In this document: positions 63,629 through 64,000 of the stretch, one piece after another
Layout of the letters: every line of letters starts with the position of its first letter
How positions within the stretch are numbered: position 1 is the first letter of the stretch
Virus record (IMG/VR): IMGVR_UViG_3300044568_003163
Coordinates: 124,001-188,000 of that record
Length of the DNA stretch: 64,000 bases
Strand: one strand, 5' to 3'
Notes under the pieces: model-generated
What the model was told of the DNA's origin: nothing
Seen by the model: the letters and a program-made list of their open reading frames with translations, nothing else
Database searches by the model: none
Made by a program: the position numbers and the translations under genes

Positions 63629-64000
63629 TATTCTGCGCTTACTGCTCTACCTACTTGTTTAGTCCAATCTAAGTCTGTTCTAACTTCAGTATTTTTATCT
63701 ATAGTTGCACATAACATAGTAGTGCTAATATTCATACCATTTGCTAAGAATTGCAAAGCTGCAATATCTTTAGGAAAGCAATGTCCACCAAATCCAAAAT
63801 CTCCATCAGGTCCTGGAACCGACCAATGCGAGTTACCTAATCGATCATCATATCTAGCATATTCAATTACTTTGTCGTAATCAATACCTAAGCCTTGACA
63901 TATTTGATAAATTTCATTTGCATAAGAAACTTTCATTGCTAAGAATGTGTTAGTTACATACTTAATAGTTTCTGCAATTGTAGAAGAAGTTTTAATGATT
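63628..64000 (-). CDS. UDP-glucose/GDP-mannose dehydrogenase-family protein (5' part outside window)
   Basis: AETIKYVTNTFLAMKVSYANE...GPDGDFGFGGHCFPKD. Confidence 0.85.
   Translation of the reverse strand, partial: IIKTSSTIAETIKYVTNTFLAMKVSYANEIYQICQGLGIDYDKVIEYARYDDRLGNSHWSVPGPDGDFGFGGHCFPKDIAALQFLANGMNISTTMLCATIDKNTEVRTDLDWTKQVGRAVSAE

Noticed and set aside
1062-63880. All plus-strand ORFs in the track (e.g. 14664..14870, 28300..28725, 44965..45387, 61575..61907)
   Set aside because: Antisense shadows of well-packed minus-strand genes or RNA, with no recognisable motifs
1-64000. Stop-codon reassignment
   Set aside because: Code 11 gives dense, intact genes, and TAA, TAG and TGA all occur as stops

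Overview
This AT-rich, gene-dense window has essentially all genes on the minus strand. It looks like part of a large T4-related (jumbo-type) phage infecting Bacteroidota, probably Flavobacteria. Support: TAnnTTTG promoters, no Shine-Dalgarno sites, a T9SS-type cargo gene, a host-like beta-barrel gene and gp23-like fragments. 1-41 kb holds many small accessory genes plus recognisable enzymes (HD proteins, LpxH-like, thioredoxin, DEDD exonuclease, NADAR, PTH2-like, ClpP, Sir2, Thg1, 2H phosphoesterase, cyclic-phosphate receiver). Two repeated promoter classes drive this region. Two things stand out. (1) At 36.5-38.4 kb a self-contained unit runs from a promoter through three covarying stem-loop RNAs sharing a UUCAGCAA motif (one with a tRNA-Lys anticodon-arm mimic) to a Ro60/TROVE-like vWA (DUF2828) gene and a terminator. 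(2) At 41.1-57.5 kb an array of 20 unrelated proteins shares an N-terminal leader (MKNIPTFEEFINE-like) resembling the T4 capsid-targeting sequence. Several of these look like polyproteins with internal protease-site linkers, and the cargo includes three nucleotidyl-transfer enzymes. The right end has glycosylation and nucleotide genes. All family assignments come from motif recognition by eye, not database searches.
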